Notes under the pieces: generated by a model
Told to the model about the DNA's origin: nothing
Seen by the model: the letters and a program-made list of their open reading frames with translations, nothing else
Databases searched by the model: none
Position numbers and translations under genes: made by a program
Shown here: piece after piece, positions 1 to 8,882 of the stretch
How the letters are laid out: each line of letters begins with the position of its first letter
Position numbering within the stretch: the first letter of the stretch is position 1
Virus record (IMG/VR): IMGVR_UViG_3300031951_000028
Strand: one strand, 5' to 3'
DNA length: 64,000 nt
Origin: a virus

Positions 1-738
1 GTCTGTGATTTTAGACATTGTGGTCAAAAAGCTGGTTGCGCAATAGGTATTAATGGTGATTATAAAGAAAGATATCAAGCATTATATGATAATGGATGCA
101 GGATTTTTCTAATAGATGTCGCAAATGGCGCCAATCTTAATATAGGAAAAATAGTTAATGAATTATATTCTGCTTATAGTGATATTTATATTATTGCCGG
201 TAATATAGCTTCTAGAGAAGGTTTAAAATTTCTTAATGATATAGGAGTTTATGCCGCTCGAGTTGGTATTGCTGGCGGCTCTGTTTGTAGTACAAAGATA
301 GCTACTGGTATATATACTCCAATGTTTTCTGTATTAAAAGATTTATATCAATATAAACAAGATTTTAATTTTGATATAAAAATTATAGCAGATGGAGGAA
401 TTAAAATTCCCGCAGATTATTGCAAGGCAATGTGTGTAGCAGATATAGCTATGGCTGGTGGAATTTTTGCCGGTACAGATGAATCTCCAGGCAATGTAAT
501 TAAAAACGATGGAAAATTATATAAAATTTTTAGGGGCGCTGCTTCATATGGAGTACAAAAATATGATGCGGGTAAAGAACCAAAGTATGTAGAAGGTTTA
601 GAAACTTTAGTAGAATATAAAGGCTCTTTAGAAAAAGTAGTAACATCATTTAATAATGGTTTAAAATCATGTCTTTCTTATATGAATGCAAAAGATATAG
701 ATGAATTGAAAACTAAATATCATTATGTTACTGCGTAA
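1..738 (+). CDS. IMP dehydrogenase / GMP reductase family protein (5'-truncated by window edge)
   Basis: Frame 1 is open from base 1: IDVANG, IAGNIA, RVGIAGGSVCSTK (catalytic Cys loop), IIADGGI, AGTDESPG, FRGAAS, VEG. GuaB vs GuaC cannot be resolved. Confidence 0.9.
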   Translation, partial: VCDFRHCGQKAGCAIGINGDYKERYQALYDNGCRIFLIDVANGANLNIGKIVNELYSAYSDIYIIAGNIASREGLKFLNDIGVYAARVGIAGGSVCSTKIATGIYTPMFSVLKDLYQYKQDFNFDIKIIADGGIKIPADYCKAMCVADIAMAGGIFAGTDESPGNVIKNDGKLYKIFRGAASYGVQKYDAGKEPKYVEGLETLVEYKGSLEKVVTSFNNGLKSCLSYMNAKDIDELKTKYHYVTA

Positions 739-753
739 CTAAGAATATAAATA

Positions 754-1227
754 ATGAATATATTTTACAGCGATCCATGCCCAGTAAAATGCGCAATTAA
801 TTTAGATTCAAAAAGAGTTGTCAAGATGACACTTGAAACATGTCAAATTTTAATGACTTCATTGAATTGCTATGGTGTGTCAACGCCATATAAAGCTACT
901 CACAAAAACCATCCGTGTTGCATCTGGGCCAGAGAAACTAGAGCTAATTTTGAATGGTTATTAAAACATTTTATAGCTTTGTTATCAGAGTATCAGTATA
1001 GATATGGGAAAAAGCATAAATGTTTTGGATATGTAAATTTTCTATATTCTAATATTAATGTAATTCCTACTGGTAATTTAACAGACCATAAAAATTGCAC
1101 AAAATTTAAAGAAGTTGATGATATTATATTAGCGTATAGAATGGCGTTAAAAGATAAGTGGATAAATGATAAAAGAAAACCAGTTTTTCACAAAAGGAAC
1201 CAGCCTAGTTGGTATAATAAAATATGA
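754..1227 (+). CDS. Pyrimidine-dimer DNA glycosylase / endonuclease V (DenV-like) family protein
   Basis: MNIF..D...CA..LD.KRVVKM.LE..Q.L and YKATHKNHPC..W motifs typical of this family. Confidence 0.8.
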   Translation: MNIFYSDPCPVKCAINLDSKRVVKMTLETCQILMTSLNCYGVSTPYKATHKNHPCCIWARETRANFEWLLKHFIALLSEYQYRYGKKHKCFGYVNFLYSNINVIPTGNLTDHKNCTKFKEVDDIILAYRMALKDKWINDKRKPVFHKRNQPSWYNKI

Positions 1228-1274
1228 AGTTATGACTGTTGATTTTAACATACGCAATAAAGGAAAATAATTAC

Positions 1275-1964
1275 ATGGAACTTCTTTCTATAGGCACTAA
1301 TGCAAAAACCATTAAGAGTGATGCTTTAGGTGTATATTTGACCGCAATACAATATTTGTCTCCGCATAAAATAAGTGGTAAGAATTTTTGTCCACAAGCT
1401 TCTAAAGGCTGCATAGCAACATGCTTAAATACAGCTGGGCGTGGAGCTTTTCATGTTGTTCAAAAATCGAGATTAAGAAAATCATTATTGTTTATTAATG
1501 ATAGAAAACAATACAAAGAATTATTATTACAAGATTTAAACACTTTCAAGAAAAAGTGCGAAAAAGAAAAAGTAAAACCCGCAGTCAGATTAAATGGAAC
1601 ATCTGATTTACAATGGGAAGATATATTTCCTGAAATTTTTGATAATTATAAAGATTTTCAATTTTATGATTATACAAAACAAAAAAGAAGATATCTAAAT
1701 TTTTTAGAAGGAAATTTTCCATCCAATTATCATCTTACTTTTTCAAGAAGTGAAAATAACGAAACAGCTTGTTTAGATTTTTTAAATAAATATAAACACG
1801 CAAGAATCGCAGTTGTCTTTGAAAAAGTGCCAAAAAAATGGAATAATTATGCGGTAAATACTGGTGATGAGAATGATTTACGTTTTTTAGATAAGAAACC
1901 AATATGTGGTTTGATAGCTAAAGGACGTGCCAAGAAAGATACAACTGGATTCGTAGTAAGATAA
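1275..1964 (+). CDS. GP88-family phage protein (Cys cluster)
   Basis: CP.AS.GC...CLNTAGRG, RLNGTSD, FYDYTK, YHLTFS motifs; ATG 1275 follows AAGGA. Confidence 0.7.
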   Translation: MELLSIGTNAKTIKSDALGVYLTAIQYLSPHKISGKNFCPQASKGCIATCLNTAGRGAFHVVQKSRLRKSLLFINDRKQYKELLLQDLNTFKKKCEKEKVKPAVRLNGTSDLQWEDIFPEIFDNYKDFQFYDYTKQKRRYLNFLEGNFPSNYHLTFSRSENNETACLDFLNKYKHARIAVVFEKVPKKWNNYAVNTGDENDLRFLDKKPICGLIAKGRAKKDTTGFVVR

Positions 1965-1975
1965 TAAGGATTAAT

Positions 1976-3034
1976 ATGTATAATTTAATGATGCCAATCA
2001 ATACAACATCTTATGGTATTGTAGGCTATAATATAGCAAAAAATTGGGATGAAGAATTTTCTCTTTTCCCAATTTATTCTATGAAAGATATTTATGTTGA
2101 AAAAGATGGCGAAGTTGATTTTATTAAAAACGCAATAACAAACTCAGACGCGTGGGATAGTAATAAACCAGCTTTAAAACTATGGCACCAACACTCAATG
2201 GAGTTATTTCCTAAATGTTCTAAGCGAGTTGGTTTTCCTATTTTTGAATTAGATGAATTTACTAGGAAAGAAAAACACAATTTACTAAGTTTAGATAAAA
2301 TTATTGTTTGTTCTAAATGGGCAAAAGATATAATTCATTCGCATGCTTTATTAGCAAATACTAATGTAGAGGTTGTGAATTTAGGCACGGATACATCTCT
2401 ATTTAATGATAATTGGCAAGATGCTAGAAAAGACGGTCCTTATGTATTCCTAAATATAGGAAAACTAGAAAAAAGAAAGGGTCATGATGTTTTATGCGAA
2501 ATGTTTAATCGAGCATTTAGCCCGACCGATGATGTAGCATTAGTAATTTATTGGGAAAATCATTTTCTTTCAAAAGAAGAGCATGAAAAAGTAGCATCTA
2601 TGTATAAATCATCTAAAATGGGTGATAAAATACATATAATGCCTAGAGTACCAAAACAAGCTGATGTAGCTAATATTATTAAAGCTGCGCAGGCGTATAT
2701 CTCTCCAGCTAGGGCAGAAGGATGGAATATGCCTCTTTATGATGCGATTGCTTGCAATAAACCAGTAATTACTACTAACTGCACTGCACATACAGAATAT
2801 TGTAATAAATCAAATTCATTTTTAGTAGATGCATCAGAAACAGAAATTGCTCATGATGGTTTATTCTTTAAGCAGTATGTTGGAAGCTGGCATAAAATAA
2901 CAAATAAGCAAATTGATGAATTTGCGGAATACATGAGGCATTGTTATAAGAATGATATAACAAGAATGCAGAAAACGGAGGTCAATACGTGGAAAAATGT
3001 GGCCCAGAATCTCAAGAACTCTCTACAGAATTAG
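1976..3034 (+). CDS. Glycosyltransferase, GT-B fold (GT4-like)
   Basis: FLNIGKLEKRKG and RAEGWNMPLYDAIACNKPVI motifs. Confidence 0.85.
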   Translation: MYNLMMPINTTSYGIVGYNIAKNWDEEFSLFPIYSMKDIYVEKDGEVDFIKNAITNSDAWDSNKPALKLWHQHSMELFPKCSKRVGFPIFELDEFTRKEKHNLLSLDKIIVCSKWAKDIIHSHALLANTNVEVVNLGTDTSLFNDNWQDARKDGPYVFLNIGKLEKRKGHDVLCEMFNRAFSPTDDVALVIYWENHFLSKEEHEKVASMYKSSKMGDKIHIMPRVPKQADVANIIKAAQAYISPARAEGWNMPLYDAIACNKPVITTNCTAHTEYCNKSNSFLVDASETEIAHDGLFFKQYVGSWHKITNKQIDEFAEYMRHCYKNDITRMQKTEVNTWKNVAQNLKNSLQN

Positions 3035-3438
3035 TAAACGAATATAAGCAAATAATTAGAAAAACATTGCATTATTTTTATATTCCTGATTTGTATAAAG
3101 AAGATCTTGAAGTAGATTTATTATATGTTCTTTTTAAAGCAGATAAAGATTTTAATGGAGTTGGTTCAATTCATGGTTATAGAAAAACTATGATGGGTTA
3201 TTATATTAAAAACTTTTTACGGAAGCTAAAAAGAGAAAATGAAATTAAAAAAGTACAAATTCATGAGAACATTCAAGCAAAAGATATCAAAGATTTTGAT
3301 TACCTTTCATATGAGGAAAAGCGCCTCTTATTAGATAAGTATGTCTATAAAAATCCTATGTCATCTTTTTCTAAAAATGAAAAGAAATCTTTAGAATTAG
3401 CTTTAGAAAAGGTGAAATATAATGAAAATAACAGTTGA
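2989..3438 (+). CDS. Putative sigma-70-like phage transcription factor
   Basis: EDLEVDLLYVLFKADKDFNG..S..GY resembles region 2; LSYEEKRLL resembles the start of region 4; GTG start with GGAGG upstream. Confidence 0.45.
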   Translation: MEKCGPESQELSTELVNEYKQIIRKTLHYFYIPDLYKEDLEVDLLYVLFKADKDFNGVGSIHGYRKTMMGYYIKNFLRKLKRENEIKKVQIHENIQAKDIKDFDYLSYEEKRLLLDKYVYKNPMSSFSKNEKKSLELALEKVKYNENNS

Positions 3439-3649
3439 AGTATTAGATGACAGTATAAATTTTGATTTTACAGAAGGTACTGAAGCAGAATACGCAGAGG
3501 TCATGGCAGATATTTTTAGTGTAGATTTATTATATTTCTTTATTAATAATAAACAAGAGCAATATCAAAAAACTATTGATTTATTAAAAGAGATAATTAA
3601 AAATAGGAAACCAGTTGTAAATCCAAAAAATATTTTTAAAACAGATTAA
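3422..3649 (+). CDS. Hypothetical protein
   Basis: 75-aa ORF in a tightly packed operon. Confidence 0.6.
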   Translation: MKITVEVLDDSINFDFTEGTEAEYAEVMADIFSVDLLYFFINNKQEQYQKTIDLLKEIIKNRKPVVNPKNIFKTD

Positions 3650-3650
3650 T

Positions 3651-4082
3651 ATGACAGATAAAAAAATAATTTGGCAGCATTTTGCCAATCCGTTTGAAAC
3701 AAAAATTGAACCAAGACTCGGTTTTATTGACCCTTCAGCCATTGAAAAAGAAATGGATGAATCTGACAATTTAGCTATGTTAGAAGAAGATGAGTTAAAT
3801 AAAAAAGATTTTTTAGAAGGAATTATTACGCAACATGGAGTTATAGGGATTAATGAATCTTATAATCCTTATGATTTTTGGGTTGGGCACTGTTCTTTTA
3901 AAATAACCGATCATATTGAGCATATTATAGAAAACTCAGAAGGCGTAGAATATTTAAAGGTTCTTTCTCCATACCGATTTAAAATTGCTGTAGCAAGGTA
4001 CTTTTCACAACATAATTTACGTGGAAAAGTGCTTAAAAACATTGAAATGAGAATTTTCCAATTTTTAGATTGCGTATCATAA
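3651..4082 (+). CDS. Hypothetical protein
   Basis: 143-aa ORF, packed. Confidence 0.7.
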   Translation: MTDKKIIWQHFANPFETKIEPRLGFIDPSAIEKEMDESDNLAMLEEDELNKKDFLEGIITQHGVIGINESYNPYDFWVGHCSFKITDHIEHIIENSEGVEYLKVLSPYRFKIAVARYFSQHNLRGKVLKNIEMRIFQFLDCVS

Positions 4083-4087
4083 CTGGT

Positions 4088-4095
4088 GGTGTATA
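4088..4095 (+). promoter_or_regulatory. Candidate phage late-promoter motif GGTGTATA
   Basis: Intergenic, upstream of the 4164 gene; the same octamer lies upstream of the major tail gene (62148-62155, minus). Confidence 0.35.
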
Positions 4096-4163
4096 TACTC
4101 TTTATAAGACCGGATTAAAATATTAGGAAATAGGAAAAAGAAAATTCTTATAAGGTTGTAATA

Positions 4164-4598
4164 ATGCGTACTGTAGTTAATCGTTTGGCTTCAAATCCAT
4201 CATATTTTAAATTATCTGATGGTACTGCTGTAAGTACTCCTACTGAAATTGTAGTTGACGGCGGTGTTTATATGGGCGGTCCTTCTGGAGATAAACTAAG
4301 TGGTATATCTTTAGGTGGAACTTACTATGATTTAGTTGATACTGGTAATTATCCAGATGTAATGTTTAAAGGTTTGCCAGGAATACCATATTCTTCATAT
4401 GGTGGCGATGCTATTCATTACTTTAATTCTGACTACGCTGATGGCGTTGGTCCTGCTATACGAGAAGGTTATTGGAATCCAGTTGAAGGCGCTTGGACTA
4501 CTTCACCAAGTGGTGATATAACCACCTTTGCTGCTGATACTACTAACTTTATTGTATTCACTTACGGTGCTCCGAATCCAGATTCAAGCACTATCTAG
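4164..4598 (+). CDS. Hypothetical Gly/Ser/Thr/Asp-rich protein, possibly virion structural
   Basis: Composition unlike the Lys-rich neighbours; has its own upstream gap and downstream terminator. Confidence 0.6.
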   Translation: MRTVVNRLASNPSYFKLSDGTAVSTPTEIVVDGGVYMGGPSGDKLSGISLGGTYYDLVDTGNYPDVMFKGLPGIPYSSYGGDAIHYFNSDYADGVGPAIREGYWNPVEGAWTTSPSGDITTFAADTTNFIVFTYGAPNPDSSTI

Positions 4599-4626
4599 TT
4601 CACCGCCGTAAACACGGCTTTATACT

Positions 4627-4660
4627 ACCGCTCTAAAATAAAATTTAGGGCGGTTTTTTT
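4627..4660 (+). terminator. Rho-independent terminator
   Basis: ACCGCTCTAAA...TTTAGGGCGGT stem followed by a T run. Confidence 0.85.
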
Positions 4661-4679
4661 ATACAAAAAAGGAATAAAA

Positions 4680-4871
4680 ATGTTTGAAATAGTACTTCTA
4701 GAAAGATATAAAGACGGAAAACCAACCGGAAAGAAAATATCAAAACAGTCAGATAAAGGTATAGATTTATGGTATTTTATGCATAAAAATATGCCTAAAA
4801 GTATACAAGAAAAAAATGGTTTAGATAAAAACGATTTTAAGAAAGATAAAAAAGAAAAGAGAGAAGAATAA
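4680..4871 (+). CDS. Small basic hypothetical protein
   Basis: AAGGA RBS; TAATG overlap with nrdB. Confidence 0.65.
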   Translation: MFEIVLLERYKDGKPTGKKISKQSDKGIDLWYFMHKNMPKSIQEKNGLDKNDFKKDKKEKREE

Positions 4872-5851
4872 TGGGTGTTTATGATAAAAGAAAGGCTTTT
4901 AAACCTTATGAATATCCAGAAGTTTTAGAATTTAGAGAAGCTATTAAACATTCTAGATGGGATGTAGAAGAGTTTAATTTAGAAGCAGACGCTTTTGAAT
5001 TCAATCATAAACTGAGTCAAAGCGAACAAGAGCTAATTAAACGCGCACTTCTCGCAATATCTCAAATAGAAATTGCGGTAAAAACTTTTTGGGCAAAACT
5101 TGGTGAACATTTACCTAAACCTGAATTTAATTCAGTTGGTATTACATTTGCTGAGAATGAAATAGTGCATGCCGAAGCGTATTCTAAATTATTAGAAGTG
5201 TTAGGTTTTAATAATGAATTCGACCAACTTTTAACTAATCCAGTTATTGGTGGGCGCGTTGATTATTTAACTAAATATTTAAAGAATGAAGCAGATTCAG
5301 TCAAAGAAGCATATACTCTTAATTTAACTCTCTTTTCTCTATTTATAGAAAACGTATCTCTATTTTCTCAATTTGCAATTATTAAATCTTTTTTGCAAAA
5401 TAAGAATTATTTAAAAGAAGTAGATACAATAGTTGAAGCGACCATGAAAGAAGAAACTATTCATGGTAAATTTGGAGTCTATCTTATCAATCTTATTAAA
5501 AAAGAATATCCTAAATGGTTTAATGAAGATTTTTATGAAAAGATAGAGAAAGCCTGTAAGAAAGCTTTTAATGCAGAAATGAAAATTATAGATTGGATGT
5601 TTGAAGCTGGAGAAGTAGACTCCGTTTCAAAAGAAGCTATAATTGAATTTATTAAACATAGATTTAATTCCTCTCTTAAAGATATCGGAGCTAAAGAAAT
5701 TTTTGAGATTGACGATAAAAAGTTAAGCTCATTGTATTGGATGGTTGAAGCAATTTATGCTTATACTAGAAATGATTTCTTCTGTACTCAGAGCACAAAC
5801 TACACAAAATTTAACAAATCAGTAACAATTAACGATTTATTTGATGACTAA
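4871..5851 (+). CDS. nrdB: Ribonucleotide reductase beta subunit (class Id-like)
   Basis: KPYEYP, SQIEIAVKTFW, EIVHAEAY, ENVSLFSQF, EETIH, DFF..Y tail. Confidence 0.95.
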   Translation: MGVYDKRKAFKPYEYPEVLEFREAIKHSRWDVEEFNLEADAFEFNHKLSQSEQELIKRALLAISQIEIAVKTFWAKLGEHLPKPEFNSVGITFAENEIVHAEAYSKLLEVLGFNNEFDQLLTNPVIGGRVDYLTKYLKNEADSVKEAYTLNLTLFSLFIENVSLFSQFAIIKSFLQNKNYLKEVDTIVEATMKEETIHGKFGVYLINLIKKEYPKWFNEDFYEKIEKACKKAFNAEMKIIDWMFEAGEVDSVSKEAIIEFIKHRFNSSLKDIGAKEIFEIDDKKLSSLYWMVEAIYAYTRNDFFCTQSTNYTKFNKSVTINDLFDD

Positions 5852-7494
5852 TGGCAAAATTTGATTGGTATAACGACACCTCTAAAGAATTTCTCGATAG
5901 AGGTTATTTAAATAATAAGACTATTTATCAAAGAATCGATGATATAGCTAATACTGTATATCACGTTTACAATGATACCGAAGTTAGAGACAAAGTTAAA
6001 GAATATATTGAACTTGGTTATTATGTATTACCAAGCCCAGTATGGTCTAATGTAGGTACAGGTAAAGCTGCAGGCATTAGTTGCTTTAATTCATATATAG
6101 AAGATAGTGTTAAATCTATTCTACATACAGCCGCAGAGGTTGGTATGTTATGTAAAATAGGTGGTGGAACATCTGCGTATTTTGGTAATATCCGTCCAGC
6201 TGGTAGTAACATATCCGTTGGCGGAACTACTTATGGCAGTGTCCATTTTATGAAAATCTTTGATGTAATTAAGAATACTATAAGCCAAGGTTCAACTAGA
6301 AGAGGTGAGTTTGCAGCTTATCTAGATATATCTCATGGAGACATAGAAGAATTTTTAAGAATTAATCAAGAAGGACATCCTCTCCAAAGATTTCCTTTTG
6401 GAGTATGCGTATCTGATGAATGGCTAGAGAGCATGAAAAATGGAGATGCTCATAAGAGAAAAATATGGGCGTCTTTATTAGAAGCGCGAGGTAAGACCGG
6501 CTTCCCTTATATTATGTTTTCAGATACAGTAAATAATAATACTGTAGATGTGTATAAAGATAAAGGAATGAGAATATATTCATCTAATATGTGTTCTGAA
6601 ATTTTATTACCAACTAATTCCGAAGAGACGTTTGTCTGTGATTTAATTGGTATGAATTTAACTAAATATGATGAGTGGAAAAATACCGATGCCGTAAGAA
6701 TTGCCACTTATATTGCAGATGCAGTTTTAGAAGAATTTATTGAACTTTATGAAAATGAAGACTTGATTAAAAGATCAATTAACTTTGCAAAAAGACATAG
6801 GGCGCTTGGTATAGGCGCAAGTGGATATCATTCATTACTTCAAAGTAAAATGATTGCGTTTGAGAGTATGGAGGCTAAATTTTTAAATTTAGAAATGTTT
6901 AAGCATATACAAACAAATGCGTGGAAAGCCTCGAAAGAACTCGCTGAAAGATACGGTGCGCCAGAACTCCTGCGAGATTATGGCCGACGCAATACTACTC
7001 TTACCGCTATTGCTCCAAATACTTCTTCTTCTATGATTATGGGACAACATTCTCAATCAATAGAACCTTATACGGCAAATTATTATATTAAAAAATCTGC
7101 CAAAAAGAAGTTAAGTGTAAAAAATCCATACTTAGAAAAAGTATTAGATGCTAAAAATCATAATACTATGGATGTGTGGGAATCTATATTAATTAAGGGT
7201 GGCAGCGTACAACATTTACCATTTTTATCAGAGCAAGAGAAAAAGATTTTTAGAACTTTTGGAGAAATATCTCAAAAAGAGATATTGATACAAGCCAGTC
7301 AAAGACAACAATATGTTGACCAAGGGCAGTCTTTAAATCTTATGATTCATCCAAATACTTCAATTAAAGATATTAACAAGTTAATGTTGGAAGCTCATGA
7401 AATGGGGATTAAAACTTTATATTATCAATTAAGTACTAATGCGGCCCAAGAATTTATTAGAGATATATTATCTTGTGATAATTGCGCTGGATAG
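5851..7494 (+). CDS. nrdA: Ribonucleotide reductase alpha subunit (short, no ATP cone)
   Basis: ISCF, GGGT, SQGSTRRG, SNMCSEI (catalytic NxCxE), AIAPN, KTLYY, C-terminal CDNC. Confidence 0.95.
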   Translation: MAKFDWYNDTSKEFLDRGYLNNKTIYQRIDDIANTVYHVYNDTEVRDKVKEYIELGYYVLPSPVWSNVGTGKAAGISCFNSYIEDSVKSILHTAAEVGMLCKIGGGTSAYFGNIRPAGSNISVGGTTYGSVHFMKIFDVIKNTISQGSTRRGEFAAYLDISHGDIEEFLRINQEGHPLQRFPFGVCVSDEWLESMKNGDAHKRKIWASLLEARGKTGFPYIMFSDTVNNNTVDVYKDKGMRIYSSNMCSEILLPTNSEETFVCDLIGMNLTKYDEWKNTDAVRIATYIADAVLEEFIELYENEDLIKRSINFAKRHRALGIGASGYHSLLQSKMIAFESMEAKFLNLEMFKHIQTNAWKASKELAERYGAPELLRDYGRRNTTLTAIAPNTSSSMIMGQHSQSIEPYTANYYIKKSAKKKLSVKNPYLEKVLDAKNHNTMDVWESILIKGGSVQHLPFLSEQEKKIFRTFGEISQKEILIQASQRQQYVDQGQSLNLMIHPNTSIKDINKLMLEAHEMGIKTLYYQLSTNAAQEFIRDILSCDNCAG

Positions 7495-7501
7495 GAGTTA
7501 T

Positions 7502-7717
7502 ATGCCAATACCAAAAAGAGAAAAAAGCGAAAAAGTCAAAAAATTCATAAGTAGATGTATGGATGACTCTGTAATGAAAGAAGAATATCCAGATATTAAA
7601 CAAAGATTTGCAATTTGTAAATCAAACGCTCAAATAGAAAATAATCTTGCTAGTGAAATAGAAGATAATTTAGAATTAAATAATATTGAAAAGGAATATT
7701 TCAATGGACAAAGTTAA
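7502..7717 (+). CDS. Small phage protein (MPIP...FISRCM...QR.AIC)
   Basis: ATG 7502 after GGAG. Confidence 0.65.
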   Translation: MPIPKREKSEKVKKFISRCMDDSVMKEEYPDIKQRFAICKSNAQIENNLASEIEDNLELNNIEKEYFNGQS

Positions 7718-8129
7718 TGCAGAAAGAGCGTATTCTTGGGAATGTCTAGGGTGCGGCGAGCAACACTTTTTTAAAGTTGATTTTGATAGTAATATAGATA
7801 ATCCTAATGCTGAAAAACATATTAGAGACTATCTTGAATTAGAAGAGTGGCAAGACATTCCAGAAAATCATGGATTAGAAGTCGCCCGTCTACCTACTGA
7901 AGTAATATGCAATAGTTGTGGAATGGCTTTTGCTATTTATTACGATGATGCATATTATGAAGATGAAGATGAGGATGAGGATGGATCAGATGATAACGAT
8001 CAATTTATCGATGAAGATGAAGATGATATTTTGGACACCTCGTACGATATTACAAGATCATCACAGGAAGATCTTTTATTTGAAGATGATGATGATAACG
8101 AGTTCGGAGAATATGAGGATGAGTCATGA
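7704..8129 (+). CDS. Zn-ribbon protein with very acidic C-terminal tail
   Basis: CLGC...CNSC followed by a D/E-rich tail; AAGGA upstream of ATG 7704. Confidence 0.7.
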   Translation: MDKVNAERAYSWECLGCGEQHFFKVDFDSNIDNPNAEKHIRDYLELEEWQDIPENHGLEVARLPTEVICNSCGMAFAIYYDDAYYEDEDEDEDGSDDNDQFIDEDEDDILDTSYDITRSSQEDLLFEDDDDNEFGEYEDES

Positions 8130-8704
8130 ATTTGTCAATTAAACTTGATATGGATGGCGTAATAGCCGATTTCATTGGCGGCGTATTTAAAATCATGAAA
8201 GAAAGAAAAATGATTAAAGATACTGTCACTAAAGAAATGTGGACTGAATTTAATGCACACGGCAATTTAGGTATTACAGATTTTCAATGGCAAACATTAT
8301 TTAAAGAAATATCTTACGATTCTTTCTTTTGGTCGAAATTAGATAAAGAACCTCATTTTGATGATTTAATTAAAATAGTAAATGATTTTGATATAGATTA
8401 TGAAATAGTAACAGATGCACCGTCTATATACGCTTCTCATGGCAAACAAGTATGGTTAAGGAATCATGGTATATATAATAACATGCATACTGAAAAAAAT
8501 AAATATAAACATGCTTCGCCACACGCCGTGTTAATAGATGATAAACCACTTAATTGTGATTTATTTATTAAATATGGTGGAAAAGCAATATTATATGCCC
8601 AACCATGGAATGCAACATATAAAGGATTGGCCCCAAGATTAAGTGTAGATAATAAAGAAGAATTTATAAATATATTGCAAGGATATGAACTTGCAGCAAA
8701 ATAA
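8126..8704 (+). CDS. 5'(3')-deoxyribonucleotidase (NT5C-type HAD)
   Basis: LDMDGVIADF, K..WL, LIDDKP.N, QPWN. Confidence 0.85.
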   Translation: MNLSIKLDMDGVIADFIGGVFKIMKERKMIKDTVTKEMWTEFNAHGNLGITDFQWQTLFKEISYDSFFWSKLDKEPHFDDLIKIVNDFDIDYEIVTDAPSIYASHGKQVWLRNHGIYNNMHTEKNKYKHASPHAVLIDDKPLNCDLFIKYGGKAILYAQPWNATYKGLAPRLSVDNKEEFINILQGYELAAK

Positions 8705-8882
8705 TTTAAAATATAAACTAGTCTATATATGGTATATCTAAGTAATAATAATTGTATATTAAATAATATAAATAGTAAATTTACACTTATGTATGAAAGA
8801 ACGCCCAAAAATTATATAGATGCGATTAGATTCTTTTTTATGTTAGAGCAATGTTTAGATTATGAAATGGATTCGTTCGAAG

